From the NCBI GenBank assembly GCA_002245135.1, contig NGBS01000613.1, forward strand, positions 1 through 64,000: a DNA stretch of 64,000 nt. The letters are read 5' to 3'. Of the stretch, positions 24,266-37,142 are shown one piece after another. The DNA is from Proteromonas lacertae (taxonomy: Eukaryota). The translations under genes and the position numbers were made by a program. Positions within the stretch are counted from its first letter, which is position 1, and each line of letters opens with the position of its first letter. The notes below the pieces were generated by a model. It ran no database searches, was not told the DNA's origin, and saw nothing but the letters and a program-made list of their open reading frames with translations.

Positions 24266-25002
24266 GAGGAGGTGGAGGTATATCAGAACCATCATTTCCT
24301 CCAATTAATAGTGGAATAGGTAATATAACATCACCACCACAACAACCACCACAACAGCCTTATACTTTAAATCCATCATATCAACAACCAGCACCAACAT
24401 TCCCAAATTTCAATAATACATCTCCACCAGTTCCACAAAATAGACCAAATTTTGTTCCAACAATTGTTCCAAACGGTTATCAATATGGTGGAGATATGCC
24501 TAATCCTCAACAACAACAGCAGCCTCAATTCATTCAACCTCCTCCACAACCATACTTACCATCTCAACAACCTCCTCAATCACCATATTCTCAACCTCCA
24601 TCAGATAATCAACCTCAATATAATCTACCACCTCAACAATATGGATTAACACCTCCTCAACCATATTCTCAGCCAGACAATCAAAATCAATTTGGACAAA
24701 ATCCATCTCAACAACAGCCATATGGACTTCTTCCACCAGATAATCAACCACCTCAACAACAACAGTTTCAATCACCTTATGCTCAACCTCCTCCTCTTGA
24801 TAATCAACAACAATTCATCCAACCACCTCCTCTTCAACCATATGGTCAGCCACCTCCATATTCTCCTCCTCCATTAGATAATCAACAGTTTTATCACCCA
24901 CCTACTTTAACTCCACCTCCTCAATTTATTAATCCATCGGGAGATAAAATTATTTTACCATCATCTAATAACTTTCCTCAACAACCTCCTCCACCACATT
25001 AA
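23534..25002 (+). CDS. IST1-like (ESCRT-III associated) protein with Pro/Gln-rich tail
   Basis: Spliced N-terminus MPLFGPNINLFYESIDRCLGSLSVAKREAEQKAEMAKKKI...ALRIDVQEEIR follows the recalled IST1 helical pattern; 3 introns. Confidence 0.5.
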
Positions 25003-25184
25003 TTTTAACAATATTCTTAATTCATTATTATATGCCTTATATATTATATTTTATGCTCTATTGTATATAATATAATTATAAAATAATATTTTCATATCTT
25101 ATCACTCCCTATATCATGTTTTTTTTAACATTTTTCTAAAAGCTTGAATTACGATTTGCTTTTATTCAAACTGTTTTTTTTATA

Positions 25185-25974
25185 ATGAAGCAAACAAGAA
25201 TGTCTGTCAATGTATAAACTTAATAAATAGTTATACTATTATAGAGGGAAAGAAGAAGGCTATTATCTGCGAAGTATAAATGAAGGATTTATTTTTTCTA
25301 GATCAACAACTTCAAATTCTCTAGGGATTCAATTATTATTACGTAATAGAGATATATTAATAGTTCAAGGTGGAGGATCAGAATTTTACTCCATTCAATT
25401 CACTATGAAGCCAGCTTCCTTAATTACACTAAATATTGATATAGAAGATGATTTGCCAATATCACCAATATTTGTCTATCCATATTCCTTAACATTTACT
25501 CCAGATAATTGGGATACTCCACAAACTGTTAGAGTATAAAGGATATAAATAATTTATAATATGAATAGATTGATTTAAATCCTCACTATACACCAGAAGA
25601 TAGTGATATAACAATATTAAAACTCAAACATACAGTAATAAGTGGTGATTCAAAGTATAGAAATATGAAGCCTTTATTACTTCCAATTTTATTATTTTTC
25701 CCACAAATAAAATATCTATTTACAGCAGGAGAGAATAGTTCTAATGAACTAGGCCATGAAAATACAAAAATTAATTTAATAACAAATTTTCCAAATCAAA
25801 AGAATAAAAAGAGTATTATAGATAATAATGAAAGTGTAGAATTTGAAGATAATGAAGATAATGAAGATGATGATGAAGATTTATTAAGTAATAATAATAA
25901 CAATAGAAATAATAAAAATAAGGTTATTAGTATATCTTATGGAATGAATCATATTGCTTGTGTTTTAAACAATG

Positions 25975-26005
<31 letters not shown>

Positions 26006-28239
26006 TATTATTTTATATATATTTATTTTAGAATAAAGTATATACATGGGGATTAAATCGTTGTTGTCAACTCGGAATCAACACTACCAATGTCTCTACA
26101 ATACCAATACATGTTCCTTTTACTAATTCAAATATTAAAATAACCAAAGTATCGTGTGGAAGTCATTATACATTATGTATTAGTAAAGATGGTAAAATGT
26201 TTGGTTGGGGTTTGAATGAAGAAGGTCAAATAGGTGTGAGTAAAGAGAGTAAAATTATATCGAAACCAACAATGATAGGTATTGATGATGTGGTAGATGT
26301 AGCGTGTGGAGATGCACATAATTTGGCACTTTGTATATCTGATGGTGAATCAAAAGTATGATATTATTTTCCACTTTTTTTCCACTTATTTTTTTTCATC
26401 ATTCTTCCCCTAAGCATATTTATAGTTATATTTATTCTAATATTATGAATTAGGTTTACAGTTGGGGAAGAGGTAAACATGGTCAATTAGGTCATGGACT
26501 TAACAAAATGATTCACAAACCAACACTCATCCTTTCCTTAGCAGGTTTAGATGTATTCTCCATCAATTGTGGTCATAATCACAGTGCAGTATTAGTAGAT
26601 GATGGATTATTATATATATTCGGATATGGAGGTAAAGGACAATTAGGTAGAAGTAGTAATCAAAGTGTAACAGTCCCAAAGATAATTCCTTCATTGAAAA
26701 ATATTAAAATTCGTAAAGTATGTTGTGGTGGTAATCATACAATAGCTTTAGGTGATATTGATAATGTTTATGGCTGGGGTGATAATTCATCCAATCAGAT
26801 TGATGATAATGATAAAATCGCTTATTTAGAACCTAAATTAATTGATCAATTATCAAATCGACATATTATTTCAGTTAGTTGTGGAACAAATCATTCATTA
26901 TACTTAAATGAAAACGGTAATGTTTTTTATCAAGGTAGTAATATTGGATATGAAGAAGGTAATATGTATATTAAAGCGAATGAAGGTGCTAGAGTTCCAA
27001 GTGAAATCAATGGTGATGGAATATATATGATTAATAGTGGTTATAATCATATATTGTTAGGAGGAATAATGGATAAAGTTCCAGTTGATTCTAGAAGAGA
27101 ATAGTATATGAATATATTTTAATTTGATATCTATAGAAGAAATAAAGTATGGGATAAGAGATTATATTATCAAATGTGCAACCAAATCAAAAATAGTCAA
27201 ACAACAACAACAACAGAATCGTATATTAATGAAACCCAAACCTCCATCTAATAATCATCACAAATCACGCCCTCACAGCGCTTATCCAACATTACATCCT
27301 TCTTATTTACAGAATACAGAACAAGATGATGGAATAGAGAGAGAAATTGAAATGAAACAATTATTTGATAAGAATCAATTAAGTTCTAATTTTTATAAGA
27401 ATAATAAACCACCAGATGTAAATGATGTATAAAATTATATTTTTTATGTTTATTTATTTTGTATAGTATTTAACATCTGTTTATTCTTCAAGAACAGACA
27501 ATACAAAGTATTTATTAAGAACCAATTATAATTATTATAATAATAATATGAATGATAGATCAAGAAGAAAATATAGACCACAAACTGCAAGACCAATTTT
27601 AGAACAATCTCCTTCACCAATAGTAAACAGTATAAATATATATTACTTTTTAATTATATATATTTTTATTCTTTAGGACCACCATCAGCAGGATATTCTC
27701 GTTATCGTCCTACTTCTGCAAATAGTAATAATTATAGACAAATATATGAAAGACCTCCCAAAGATATAATAATCAATGAATCTGTATTACATAAAAGACC
27801 AGTTATTAATAAAGAATTGGTTCATCCAATAGTAGTTGATTTAGATACAATATCCAGTGAGATTCAGAATATGGCACATAGTCCAAAAATACCCAATAGA
27901 ATCAAACAGAAATTGATCAATTACAGTGGAATTACTGCTAAAAGCGCTGAACATCAGAATGAGTTGTATAAAATACTGTATGAATTGAAAAATGATATTG
28001 CAAAAGAACATAAAGAAAATGAACAATTGAAACATGATAATTTGTTGTTGCAAAAAGCTATTGAAGAATACAGTGTATTTATATAATAAATTTATTTTAT
28101 GTTTAAATAATAGACATCTCAAGAGTTAGAAAAAAATCGTTTAGAAGAGCTTAGAAACAGAGTAATTAAGGAATACAACAAAGAAAGAGTAAATACTCGT
28201 CAAGATTATCAAGAAGTGTTGAATGATGATTTGTTATAA
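25185..28239 (+). CDS. RCC1-repeat protein with N-terminal Calx-beta/Ig-like domain and C-terminal coiled coil; one apparent +1 frameshift near 27090
   Basis: Several RCC1 repeats (VYTWGLNRCCQLG, VSCGSHYT, VYSWGRGKHGQLG, CGHNHS); LTFTPDNWDTPQTV motif; about 9 introns. Confidence 0.75.
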
Positions 28240-28383
28240 TGTTGTTGTTAGTTAATAATTTAAATCTTTTATTCCTGTTGTGTATAAATTAAATTTTGAA
28301 AATAGATCCGTTTCTATATTTCTTTGACATCATCCGTTACAAATAAAATCTTGCTAGATTGGCATGATAGTGAATATATATTA

Positions 28384-29861
28384 ATGGATAACTACGAAAT
28401 TATAACTCAAATAGGTAAAGGGTATACTGATTTTAAGAGATCTTATTTTATAGAACATATGGGTGTGTTTTCAAAGCTACTCACAAAGATTCAGGTAAGA
28501 TAGTTGCAATAAAAAAATTCAGAGGAACTGACAATAATGAATTATTAAGAAGAACTGCTTTGAGAGAAATCAGAATTATGAAAGTATATTCACATCACAT
28601 TATTGCTGTAGAGGTTAAATCATCCAAATATCGTTAGATATATCGATGTATTTAGGCACAACGGAAAGTTTTATTTAGTAATGGAATTTATCGAGGGTTC
28701 TTTACTCCAACTATTAGAAGAAACAAAGACAGGAGTAAAGGTAGAATATGCTAGACCATTACTATTTCAGCTAGGAAGTGCAGTTGCCTATTTACACAGT
28801 AAAAATATCATTCACAGAGATATAAAACCTGAGAATATTTTAGTAAGTAATAATAACTTGATAAAACTATGTGATTTTGGATTTGCTCGTACTTTGAATA
28901 TGGAAGGAATCTATACAGATTATGTAGCAACAAGATGGTATAGAAGTCCAGAATTGATAGTAGGATCAAACGTATATATATATATATATATATATTTCTT
29001 TTTTTCTTATTATATATATATTTTAGTCTTATGGAAAACCATGTGATATTTGGGCATTAGGATGTTTAATATTTGAAATGTTAACCAATGATCCACTCTT
29101 TGCAGGTAAAAGTGATATTGATCAAATCAGTAAAATCATCGAATTAACAGGACCATTTCCCTCATCTTTAATAGAATGTTTCAATATGAATACACAATTT
29201 GCCGGAGCAGAATTTCCACCTGTTACAAAATCATATCAATTAAGAGATATTTTACCTGATTGTGATGTATTAGCGATTGATTTAATGAATAAAATATTAC
29301 ATCCAGATCCAGAGCAAAGAATTACAATAGATCAATATCTGTGTCATGATTTTTTCATGTCTTATAAAAGTGAATTTATGCCAAAAATACAGAAGTTATA
29401 TGATATGGAAGAAGAAGATTTAAAAGAATTAGAAATTACTGTATATTTCTATAATATTTATTGAATAGTTCATAAAACGTTCATCTCCAACACACAAAAT
29501 GTTTCTATCTGATAATAACACAAGCAACAATAGCAATAATATTAATAACAATGGAAATACTAAGCAAGATAGTAAATTAGAGAAATGTGAATCTGAACAG
29601 ATGTTACACAAACCTTTAAGACATACATCATCACTTACATTTCTACCACCAGATGGAAATATTTATAATTTTCAAAAAGATAAAGATCACAATAATGCAA
29701 ACAGTAAAGATAATAATAAAGATTTACAAATACTTAGGCCTAAGTTGGTACTCTCTAAATGTAATTTAGATTCATCCTCTTTGATTATTAGCACAGCATT
29801 TCCTCCAATTAATTCTTCAAGAAGGAATAGAAGTAGTTTAATTGAAGAAAAAGTACCTCCT

Positions 29862-29898
<37 letters not shown>

Positions 29899-30089
29899 TA
29901 TAGCCAATTAAATTGAAGAGGAAGAGTATAGAATTTGATTCTTATAATTCTGTTGCTCCAAATTCAAGATATCCAGTTATACCACATCCAAAGTATAATT
30001 ATATAATATATAGTATAATTGTAAATAGACAAACAAAATCCCCAGATGGATTTCCAGATTTATTAATTACCAACATGCATTTTAAATGA
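28384..30089 (+). CDS. CDK-like (CDKL family) protein kinase
   Basis: IGKGTYG, VAIKKF, TALREIRIMK, HRDIKPEN, LCDFGFAR and YTDYVATRWYRSPEL (TDY activation loop). Confidence 0.9.
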
Positions 30090-30230
30090 ATAAATTAAAT
30101 AACTTAATTGTTTGGATATTATATTCTTCTATATTACCCATTTTACTTTTTAATGTGTTGTATTTGGCGAGATATAAAAAACCTAACAATTAATAACGGA
30201 TAATTTTTTTTATATTTTTAAATTTAATAA

Positions 30231-32076
30231 ATGTATCGTCGTGGAGGGAAGAAAGTTATACCGACTGAAATACAAGAAGAAATAGCTAAATGTAATCAAA
30301 CAGTATTAATTCGAAATATAACGACTTCATTTAGATTGAAAATAGAAAAAGTGTGACCAACGCTTTAGGTAGATTGATTACTGCTCTTGAGCATGTTTGT
30401 AAAAGTCATGAACAATTAGTTGAAGCTGAAAGTAGTCAACAGGACGTAGAAGTGTTGAGTGGTTGGGATACTGAAAACGACGGTTTTCAACAAGATTCCA
30501 ATTTAGAAAATGTAATAAAATGTAGAAAAATGTTCAGAGTATTAATAATTAGATAATTTTGTCAATAGAACCAAGTAGATAGAGCCAAACAGTTTTACAC
30601 AATGGTAACCAAATTACAGCGATTAATAAAAGATGACGTACAACAAAGGAATATGGTTACAAGAGTACTTCGATATTTTGATGACGAAGATTTCAATATG
30701 AACGACTATTTAATACTAAAAAAAGAATATCAGAGGTTTATTGATGAAAATAACATAGAAGAAAAGAATCTATTAAGTCACGTTCGAGATTTGAAAAATG
30801 CTGATTATGACAGTTATATTCCACCAGTAACAACAACAAATACAGTATCAGCACCAGTATCTGTGTCTATTGACCAAAATTCATGTAATTTGAACCCAAA
30901 TACAGTAAATTCAATTGAAAGTAATAAAAATGTCATTGTTCAATCTCCTCATTTAAATAATTGTACAAATAATGAAAAAATATTATATCCATCTGTTAAT
31001 GACAAATCATCTCCACTTCTATCACCAAAAGCATCAGCTAGAAATCTCACTGAAGCAATTAAGAGGAATATTAAGAGTAGTAGTTGTACATGCGGCGGTG
31101 GTAGTAGTAGCAATGATATGGATAATGATAATGATAATGATAATAATGGAATGACTGATTCTTCTGTTGAATTAGTCACTCCTTCTTCCAATGAGAATTG
31201 TAATAGTATATTATCACCCAAATCGCATCATAATAATCATTCAACACCAACAAGTATATAATATATATGTTATTTATAAATATTTATCAATTTTATAGCT
31301 CCAACCAAAAGTACTCCCAGAATATTGATGAGAGCTCCAAGTCCAATCAAACCAAATCCAAAATTATCAGTTGACACAAAAATAGGCAATAGTTTATCAA
31401 TAAATTCAAATACACTTAATACAACTAATACAATAAATACATCTGTTCCTCAATTACCGCCAATTCCAAGTGTAAAATCAGTGAAAAGTGATGATACTGG
31501 AAGTTTAAGTAATGACAGCGGATATGATAGTGAAAGTAAGAAGAGAGCTATCGAATTATATGAATTATATGATTTTATCAGAAAGAATCTCGAAAAAGTA
31601 TTTTATTATTTTATTATATATTGTTTATATAGTTACGTGATGTAATATTAAAAGAATTCGACTTAAAACAAAAATTAACAAAATTAAGACATCCTACATA
31701 TATAATCCAATATGAAACAACACTGTCAGAATTAGTAGCTAATAAGGAAAGAATATTAATCGTTTTGACCAATACAATACAGTCATTGGACCATGAATCA
31801 AATCATTACAGAGTGATTGATTTGATTATTCAAACCTTACCAGGAGTAGAAGATGGTGATTATGAATTAAGAGAAGCGATTATAAGTGATGTAAATAGTC
31901 AAATTAAGAGTATAACAAGAAGTCAGAAGAAATTAGCGATGAGTATTAATAATTTAGCTGCTATTCCTGATGATAAGAAGAGTTACAGTGCTCCACATAG
32001 TGATTCGAAGAAAAAGAAGAAAGATATAACAGATATTTCAAATTTCTCATTGAATGGAATAACTGTGTATAAGTAA
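30231..32076 (+). CDS. Hypothetical helical/coiled-coil protein with central low-complexity region, 4 introns
   Basis: ATG at 30231. ORFs 30353, 30602, 31325 and 31765 join in frame via GT-AG introns. Confidence 0.65.
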
Positions 32077-32161
32077 TTTAAATGCCATTTTTATATAGTT
32101 TTTTGTTTTTTATTGAAAAAAAAAATAACAATATTAATCTAAAGTCAAATTATGTTCAATT

Positions 32162-33904
32162 CTATAAATTAATTGTGAAATTCACCACTTTAACAGCTCC
32201 AGTAGTTTCTTTCACACTAACCATCAAAATACCATTCTCATTTATATCCATAGTAATTTCAAATTTAACTTCACCTTCTTTTTTAGGTGGAATATCATTT
32301 ATTCTACATTCATACAACTTTGTATTATTTGAAGCAACTAAATCTTCACCTTCATAACATTTGATACTAGCAGAAAGTTGGTTATCATGAGCAGTATAAT
32401 AATTGTGAGTATGTTTATATGGAATTGGTTTATTCTTTTCTAATATAACACTCATTTTATCACCTTTTATTCCTATACCTATACTGTGTGATATTACATC
32501 ATTCACTTTAATTGTTCTTTTACTTCCAGAAAGTGGAACTTTAAATCCCATTGATTGTACGATTGATGCTTTTGTAGTAGTACTACTACTTTTATCACCA
32601 CTTTTTAATGGAATACTACTGGAAATTGAAGTATTCATTATTGTTCTACCTACAACAGATACATTCATACAGGAGAAACTTTCTTCTAGTGGTTTTCCAT
32701 TTTCAGCATTGACTAATATTGTTGTTCCTTTTTCTTCTTTTTCTCTGACACCTTTTGCTATATCTTCAGCTAATATTGCAGCACCAATAGCTACAGCTTC
32801 ATCTGGATTGATATCTTTGTTCAAATTTCTTCCAGAGAAGAATTCTGATAACATTTCTTGAACTCTTGGAATTCTACTACTTCCTCCAATTAATACAACA
32901 TCTTTTATTTCTTCTTTTGACAATCCACTATCACTAAGTGTTTCTCTTACTTTATCCATAGTTTTATCAAATAATTTTTGATTTAATTGATTGAATAATG
33001 ATCTTGTTAAAGATGTATCTACATCATTATCTTCCAACAAATCACAATTCATATCTGTTGATTCCATTTCACTTAATAAACATTTTGCATCATCACAAGC
33101 TTTTTTTAAATTATATAATTTCTTTGAATCTTTAGATATATCAACACCAGCTTCTTCTTTCAATTTGTTTAAGTAAAAATTAACTAAATTATTATCAATA
33201 TCTTCTCCACCTAAATGAGTATCACCTCCTGTTGCTTTTACTGTAATTTCATTATTCTTTACTTCGATTATACTGACATCAAAAGTACCACCTCCAAAAT
33301 CATAAACTAAAATTGTTGAATCAGATTTCTCTTTGACATACTTATATCCATAAGCAATAGCAGCTGCTGTTGGTTCATTAATCACTTGTAAAACATTTAT
33401 TCCAGCTAATTCTCCAGCTTCTATTGTTGCTCTTCTTTGTGAATCATTAAAATAAGCAGGAACTGTAATAACAGCATGTTTTTGAGCTCCTTTTTTATCT
33501 GATGCAGCAGCAGCTGTATCACCAAGTTCTTTTAAGATATAACTGGATATTTGCTGTGGTGTAAACGATTGTTCACTTCCTTGATAGTTTACTTTAATTA
33601 TAGGGAAATCATTATCATCATTAGTTACATTAAATCCCCAATGACTTATATCCTGTTGCACATTTGGATCAGAGAATTTATGTCCCATCAGTCTTTTTAC
33701 ATCATATACTGTGTTCTTCACATTTGTTCCCAGTTTTTGTCTAGCTGCATCACCGACGATTATCTTATCACTTTCAAATCCAACACATGACGGAATTGTG
33801 TGTTTACCGTTAGCAGCAGGTATAACTGTGTATTTCCCTTCACAACTAGTAGCTACACATGAATTTGTTGTTCCTAAATCGATTCCACAAGTAAATAAAG
33901 ACAT
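32162..33904 (-). CDS. Atypical Hsp70-family protein (intronless, C-terminally truncated, linker insertion)
   Basis: GIDLGTTNSC, TVPAYFNDSQR, NEPTAAA, DFGGGTFDVS and GGSSRIP. Ends after the beta-SBD with no lid or EEVD. Confidence 0.9.
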   Translation of the reverse strand: MSLFTCGIDLGTTNSCVATSCEGKYTVIPAANGKHTIPSCVGFESDKIIVGDAARQKLGTNVKNTVYDVKRLMGHKFSDPNVQQDISHWGFNVTNDDNDFPIIKVNYQGSEQSFTPQQISSYILKELGDTAAAASDKKGAQKHAVITVPAYFNDSQRRATIEAGELAGINVLQVINEPTAAAIAYGYKYVKEKSDSTILVYDFGGGTFDVSIIEVKNNEITVKATGGDTHLGGEDIDNNLVNFYLNKLKEEAGVDISKDSKKLYNLKKACDDAKCLLSEMESTDMNCDLLEDNDVDTSLTRSLFNQLNQKLFDKTMDKVRETLSDSGLSKEEIKDVVLIGGSSRIPRVQEMLSEFFSGRNLNKDINPDEAVAIGAAILAEDIAKGVREKEEKGTTILVNAENGKPLEESFSCMNVSVVGRTIMNTSISSSIPLKSGDKSSSTTTKASIVQSMGFKVPLSGSKRTIKVNDVISHSIGIGIKGDKMSVILEKNKPIPYKHTHNYYTAHDNQLSASIKCYEGEDLVASNNTKLYECRINDIPPKKEGEVKFEITMDINENGILMVSVKETTGAVKVVNFTINL

Positions 33905-33975
33905 TTTTGATAAAGTGAACTATTTTGCACGATTTGATTAAACCTCAAATTTCATTTTTTGAATTTACATTAACA

Positions 33976-35148
33976 ATGAATTTTTTTGGATGGGGCAAAA
34001 AAGATCCTTTGGTAGATATGAAGCTAGAGGATTATCTTGCTAAATACCCTAAAATGAAAAAAGGTGGATTAGAAGCTGAAGAAATAGAAAAACACGCTTC
34101 TGCTTGTATAGAGATAGATGGTCATAAAATGTTGGTATATAAAGGAAATATCACGAAACTACATATAGATGCGATTCAAAACGCTGCTAACTCTTCGTTG
34201 ATGGGTGGAGGTGGTATAGATGGTGCAATTCATGATGGTGCAGGTTATAGTATACACGAAGAATGCTCTAAGTTAGGTGGTTGTAAAACAGGTAATTCCA
34301 AGATAACAAAAGGTTATGATTTACCTTGTGCTACAGTGATTCATACAGTAGGTCCAATCTATGATAAATATACTCCAGGAAAGTGCAGTCATGAATTGAG
34401 ATCTTGTTATAAAACCTCTTTAGAATTATGTGATAAATACAAACTAAAATCAATCGGATTGTGTTGTGTATCGTGTGGTATATATGGATATCCTTTAGAT
34501 AAAGCTAGTCACATCGCATTTAATACAGTATTGAATTATTTAAAAGATAATAAAAGTAGTAGTTTAAAATATGTAATATTTGTTGTATTTTTGGCCAAAG
34601 AACATGATGTTTATAAAGAAATATTTGAAAAATATAATAAAGGTGAATATAAAGAACCTGTTATGCTTGAAATTGAAACTCCTAAAGTTATTGCAAGAAG
34701 AAAGAAAGAAGAAAAAGTAAAAAAGATAGACAATGATATAGAAAGAAAAGAAAAAGAGATTAGAGAATTACATAAAGAAAAAGAAAAGTTATTAAAAGAG
34801 ATGGAAGAAGATGATAAAAAAGAAGAAAAAGAAGCTGTAGCTAAAGTAACAGATAAAGAAAAAGAAAAGGAAAAAGATACAGCTAAAACTACAGTTATAG
34901 ATTCAACTGAAAACGCAGATAAAAAGGAAGGTAAAGAAAACAAAGATGAACATTCAGAAACAAAGACAAATGAAGATAAAATAGTTGAACAAAACCCAAA
35001 TACTACAAAACCAGAAGAAAATAAAACTGAAGAGAATAAAGAAGAAGTAAAAGTGGCAGAAGGTGAAAATAAAGAAGGTAAAAATAAAACTGATGGAGAT
35101 AATGAAGGAAGTGAAAATCCAACTAAAATACCTAAAACATCAGAATAA
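33976..35148 (+). CDS. MacroD-type macrodomain protein with K/E-rich C-terminal tail
   Basis: NAANSSLMGGGGIDGAIH, VIHTVGP and SCGIYGYP. First ATG at 33976. Confidence 0.9.
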   Translation: MNFFGWGKKDPLVDMKLEDYLAKYPKMKKGGLEAEEIEKHASACIEIDGHKMLVYKGNITKLHIDAIQNAANSSLMGGGGIDGAIHDGAGYSIHEECSKLGGCKTGNSKITKGYDLPCATVIHTVGPIYDKYTPGKCSHELRSCYKTSLELCDKYKLKSIGLCCVSCGIYGYPLDKASHIAFNTVLNYLKDNKSSSLKYVIFVVFLAKEHDVYKEIFEKYNKGEYKEPVMLEIETPKVIARRKKEEKVKKIDNDIERKEKEIRELHKEKEKLLKEMEEDDKKEEKEAVAKVTDKEKEKEKDTAKTTVIDSTENADKKEGKENKDEHSETKTNEDKIVEQNPNTTKPEENKTEENKEEVKVAEGENKEGKNKTDGDNEGSENPTKIPKTSE

Positions 35149-35208
35149 AATATATTCATTATTATATTATTTCTTTAATTAATTTGTAATTATAAAAACA
35201 ACAACAAT

Positions 35209-35490
35209 TTATTTACTCTTGATAGGATCGTGATAATATTTATATAGTATATTTGATTTATTACTCTTAATTACTGAACATAGATCATTTTCACTCAAAT
35301 TGGATATATTCTTCAAGCTTTTATATGTATTTAGTAATTTACTATTATAACTATTACCAATTCCTGGTATTGTATTGCTAGATTGAAGTATTCTTTCACT
35401 TGTTGAAACACTCTTTATTTTAATATCATTATAGTAATTATCAACATGCACTATACCAATTAATAGATTCACTAACTCACTAGTACTATT
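35209..35490 (-). pseudogene. 3' fragment of the FAAP24/ERCC1-like gene
   Basis: Copy of 37940-38221 lacking the 5' exon. Confidence 0.85.
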
Positions 35491-35903
35491 AGAAGTCCTG
35501 GGAAGTTTGGTAGGAATAATAAACTCTCAAATATTTGTTTGCTCTTGTTAAAATAACCTATTTCTCCATATATTGTAATCATTGTTCCTAATGTTTTATA
35601 TAAAGGAGTCAATTCTTTTACTAACATATAATCAAATAGCATTGTAGCTAATTCATAACTGGACTGTTCTCTTAGATCAACCAATGTTTGATGAAGAAGT
35701 TCCAGATTGTTTTCATTTATCATCTTCATATATGATTTTAGTGGATCTTTAAGAGGTATTACTGATTTTGGATTTGCTGGTGCTGCAAAATATCTTGGAA
35801 TGGTGCTAATCACTGTATTAATTGAATTTCTTGATAATTTTGTAATATTAGAAGTAAAAAGTGTTCTAGATATTGAATATATGATTTTTGATTTATTAAA
35901 CAT
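35472..35903 (-). pseudogene. 5' fragment of the PPR gene, truncated at the deletion junction
   Basis: Identical N-terminus (about 136 aa) to ORF 44276-46054, then reads out of frame into the FAAP24-like fragment and stops. Confidence 0.85.
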
Positions 35904-36506
35904 ATATGCTATGGATTAAATGAAAATTTAAATGTCAAACTTGTTTGAAATGATTATTTTGATTTTTAGAACAAAACAAAGACTTAACTGTATTTCAACT
36001 CTGTTTATGTAATAGTTTCATAACTCATTATGGTGTGAAAGTATAATTTAACAATGATTTAATTGTGAAATAGAATTAAAAAGATAAAATATGTAAATAC
36101 ATTATTGTTATTTAGGAATTTCAAATATCAACAATACTATTATTGTGATAATTAATCAAATCTGACAATTTCTGTTGAATAATCATTCCATTGCATTAAA
36201 ACTACACTGAGGAAGAGTATTCTCTTATTTCTATAGAGTAGTTCAATTTAATAAAGCGGTTAATTTTGTTTTAAATAATTTTTCGTTATTAGTGAGGCTT
36301 AAACAAATGTTATAATTATCAAATGTCGTTTTTTCACTATACATTTTAATCGTTTAATAAGTTATTCCTTAAAGTATGGCTTATATACAATTCTTATAAC
36401 TTTAAAAGTCATCTGTTACATTTTACTAACCTAAATATTCTATTTTTCAATTTATTGACTATTCATTTTACATTTATAATAAATAGGTAATAAAAATATA
36501 TAGAAA

Positions 36507-37059
36507 ATGCCAGTTGATCAAGAATTACATAAAGCAGCGTATATATACAATAATTATATTGAATAGATATAAAGGAAGTGAAGGAGGTGTTATTGGAGAG
36601 TTAGAGAAGGGAGTTGCAGTAGATATTCGAGGAGCACAAGATAGAACCCCATTACATGTATTATATTGGATTATATTGTTATTATAGAGAGCTGTTGGTG
36701 GTGGACATGTGAAAATAGTACAAATCCTTCTGGAGCATGGTGCAGATGTTAATTTAGCAGATAAAGCTGGTAGATGTCCTATCCATTGGGCTGCACTGAT
36801 GGGTAGTGTAGAATCTGGTCAATTGTTGGTAGATCATGGAGCTAATATTAATCAAACGACATCATCAGGTGATACTCCGTTACACATGAGTGCAGAAGAA
36901 GGTAAAACTGATTTTGTGAAGTGGCTTATGGAAAAAAGCTGTGATACTACAATAAAGAATGCAGCTGGTAAATTCGCTGTAGAATTAGCTAAAGATAAGG
37001 GAAATAAAGAAATATGCCAAATCATTGATCCATCAGGAGGATCATGTGTTATCTGTTAG
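36507..37059 (+). CDS. Small ankyrin-repeat protein with C-terminal CAAX (copy 1)
   Basis: MPVDQELHKAAYKG...RTPLHRAVGGGH...CPIHWAA...DTPLHMSA, ending CVIC; 2 introns. Confidence 0.88.
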
Positions 37060-37142
37060 TTTTTTAATTTATCATTTTTTGCCAATCAAACTTGTGTATA
37101 TTTTACTATTATTTTATATTTTATTTCAATTTGTTTATATGT

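Noticed and set aside
34611..35159. Minus-strand Ser/Phe-rich ORFs (also 37342-37890, 21299-21700, 9089-9400)
   Set aside because: Antisense to low-complexity coding regions, with no independent features.
35209..35903. In-frame chimeric PPR-FAAP24 fusion gene at the deletion junction
   Set aside because: The two parts are in different frames; the PPR frame stops at 35472.
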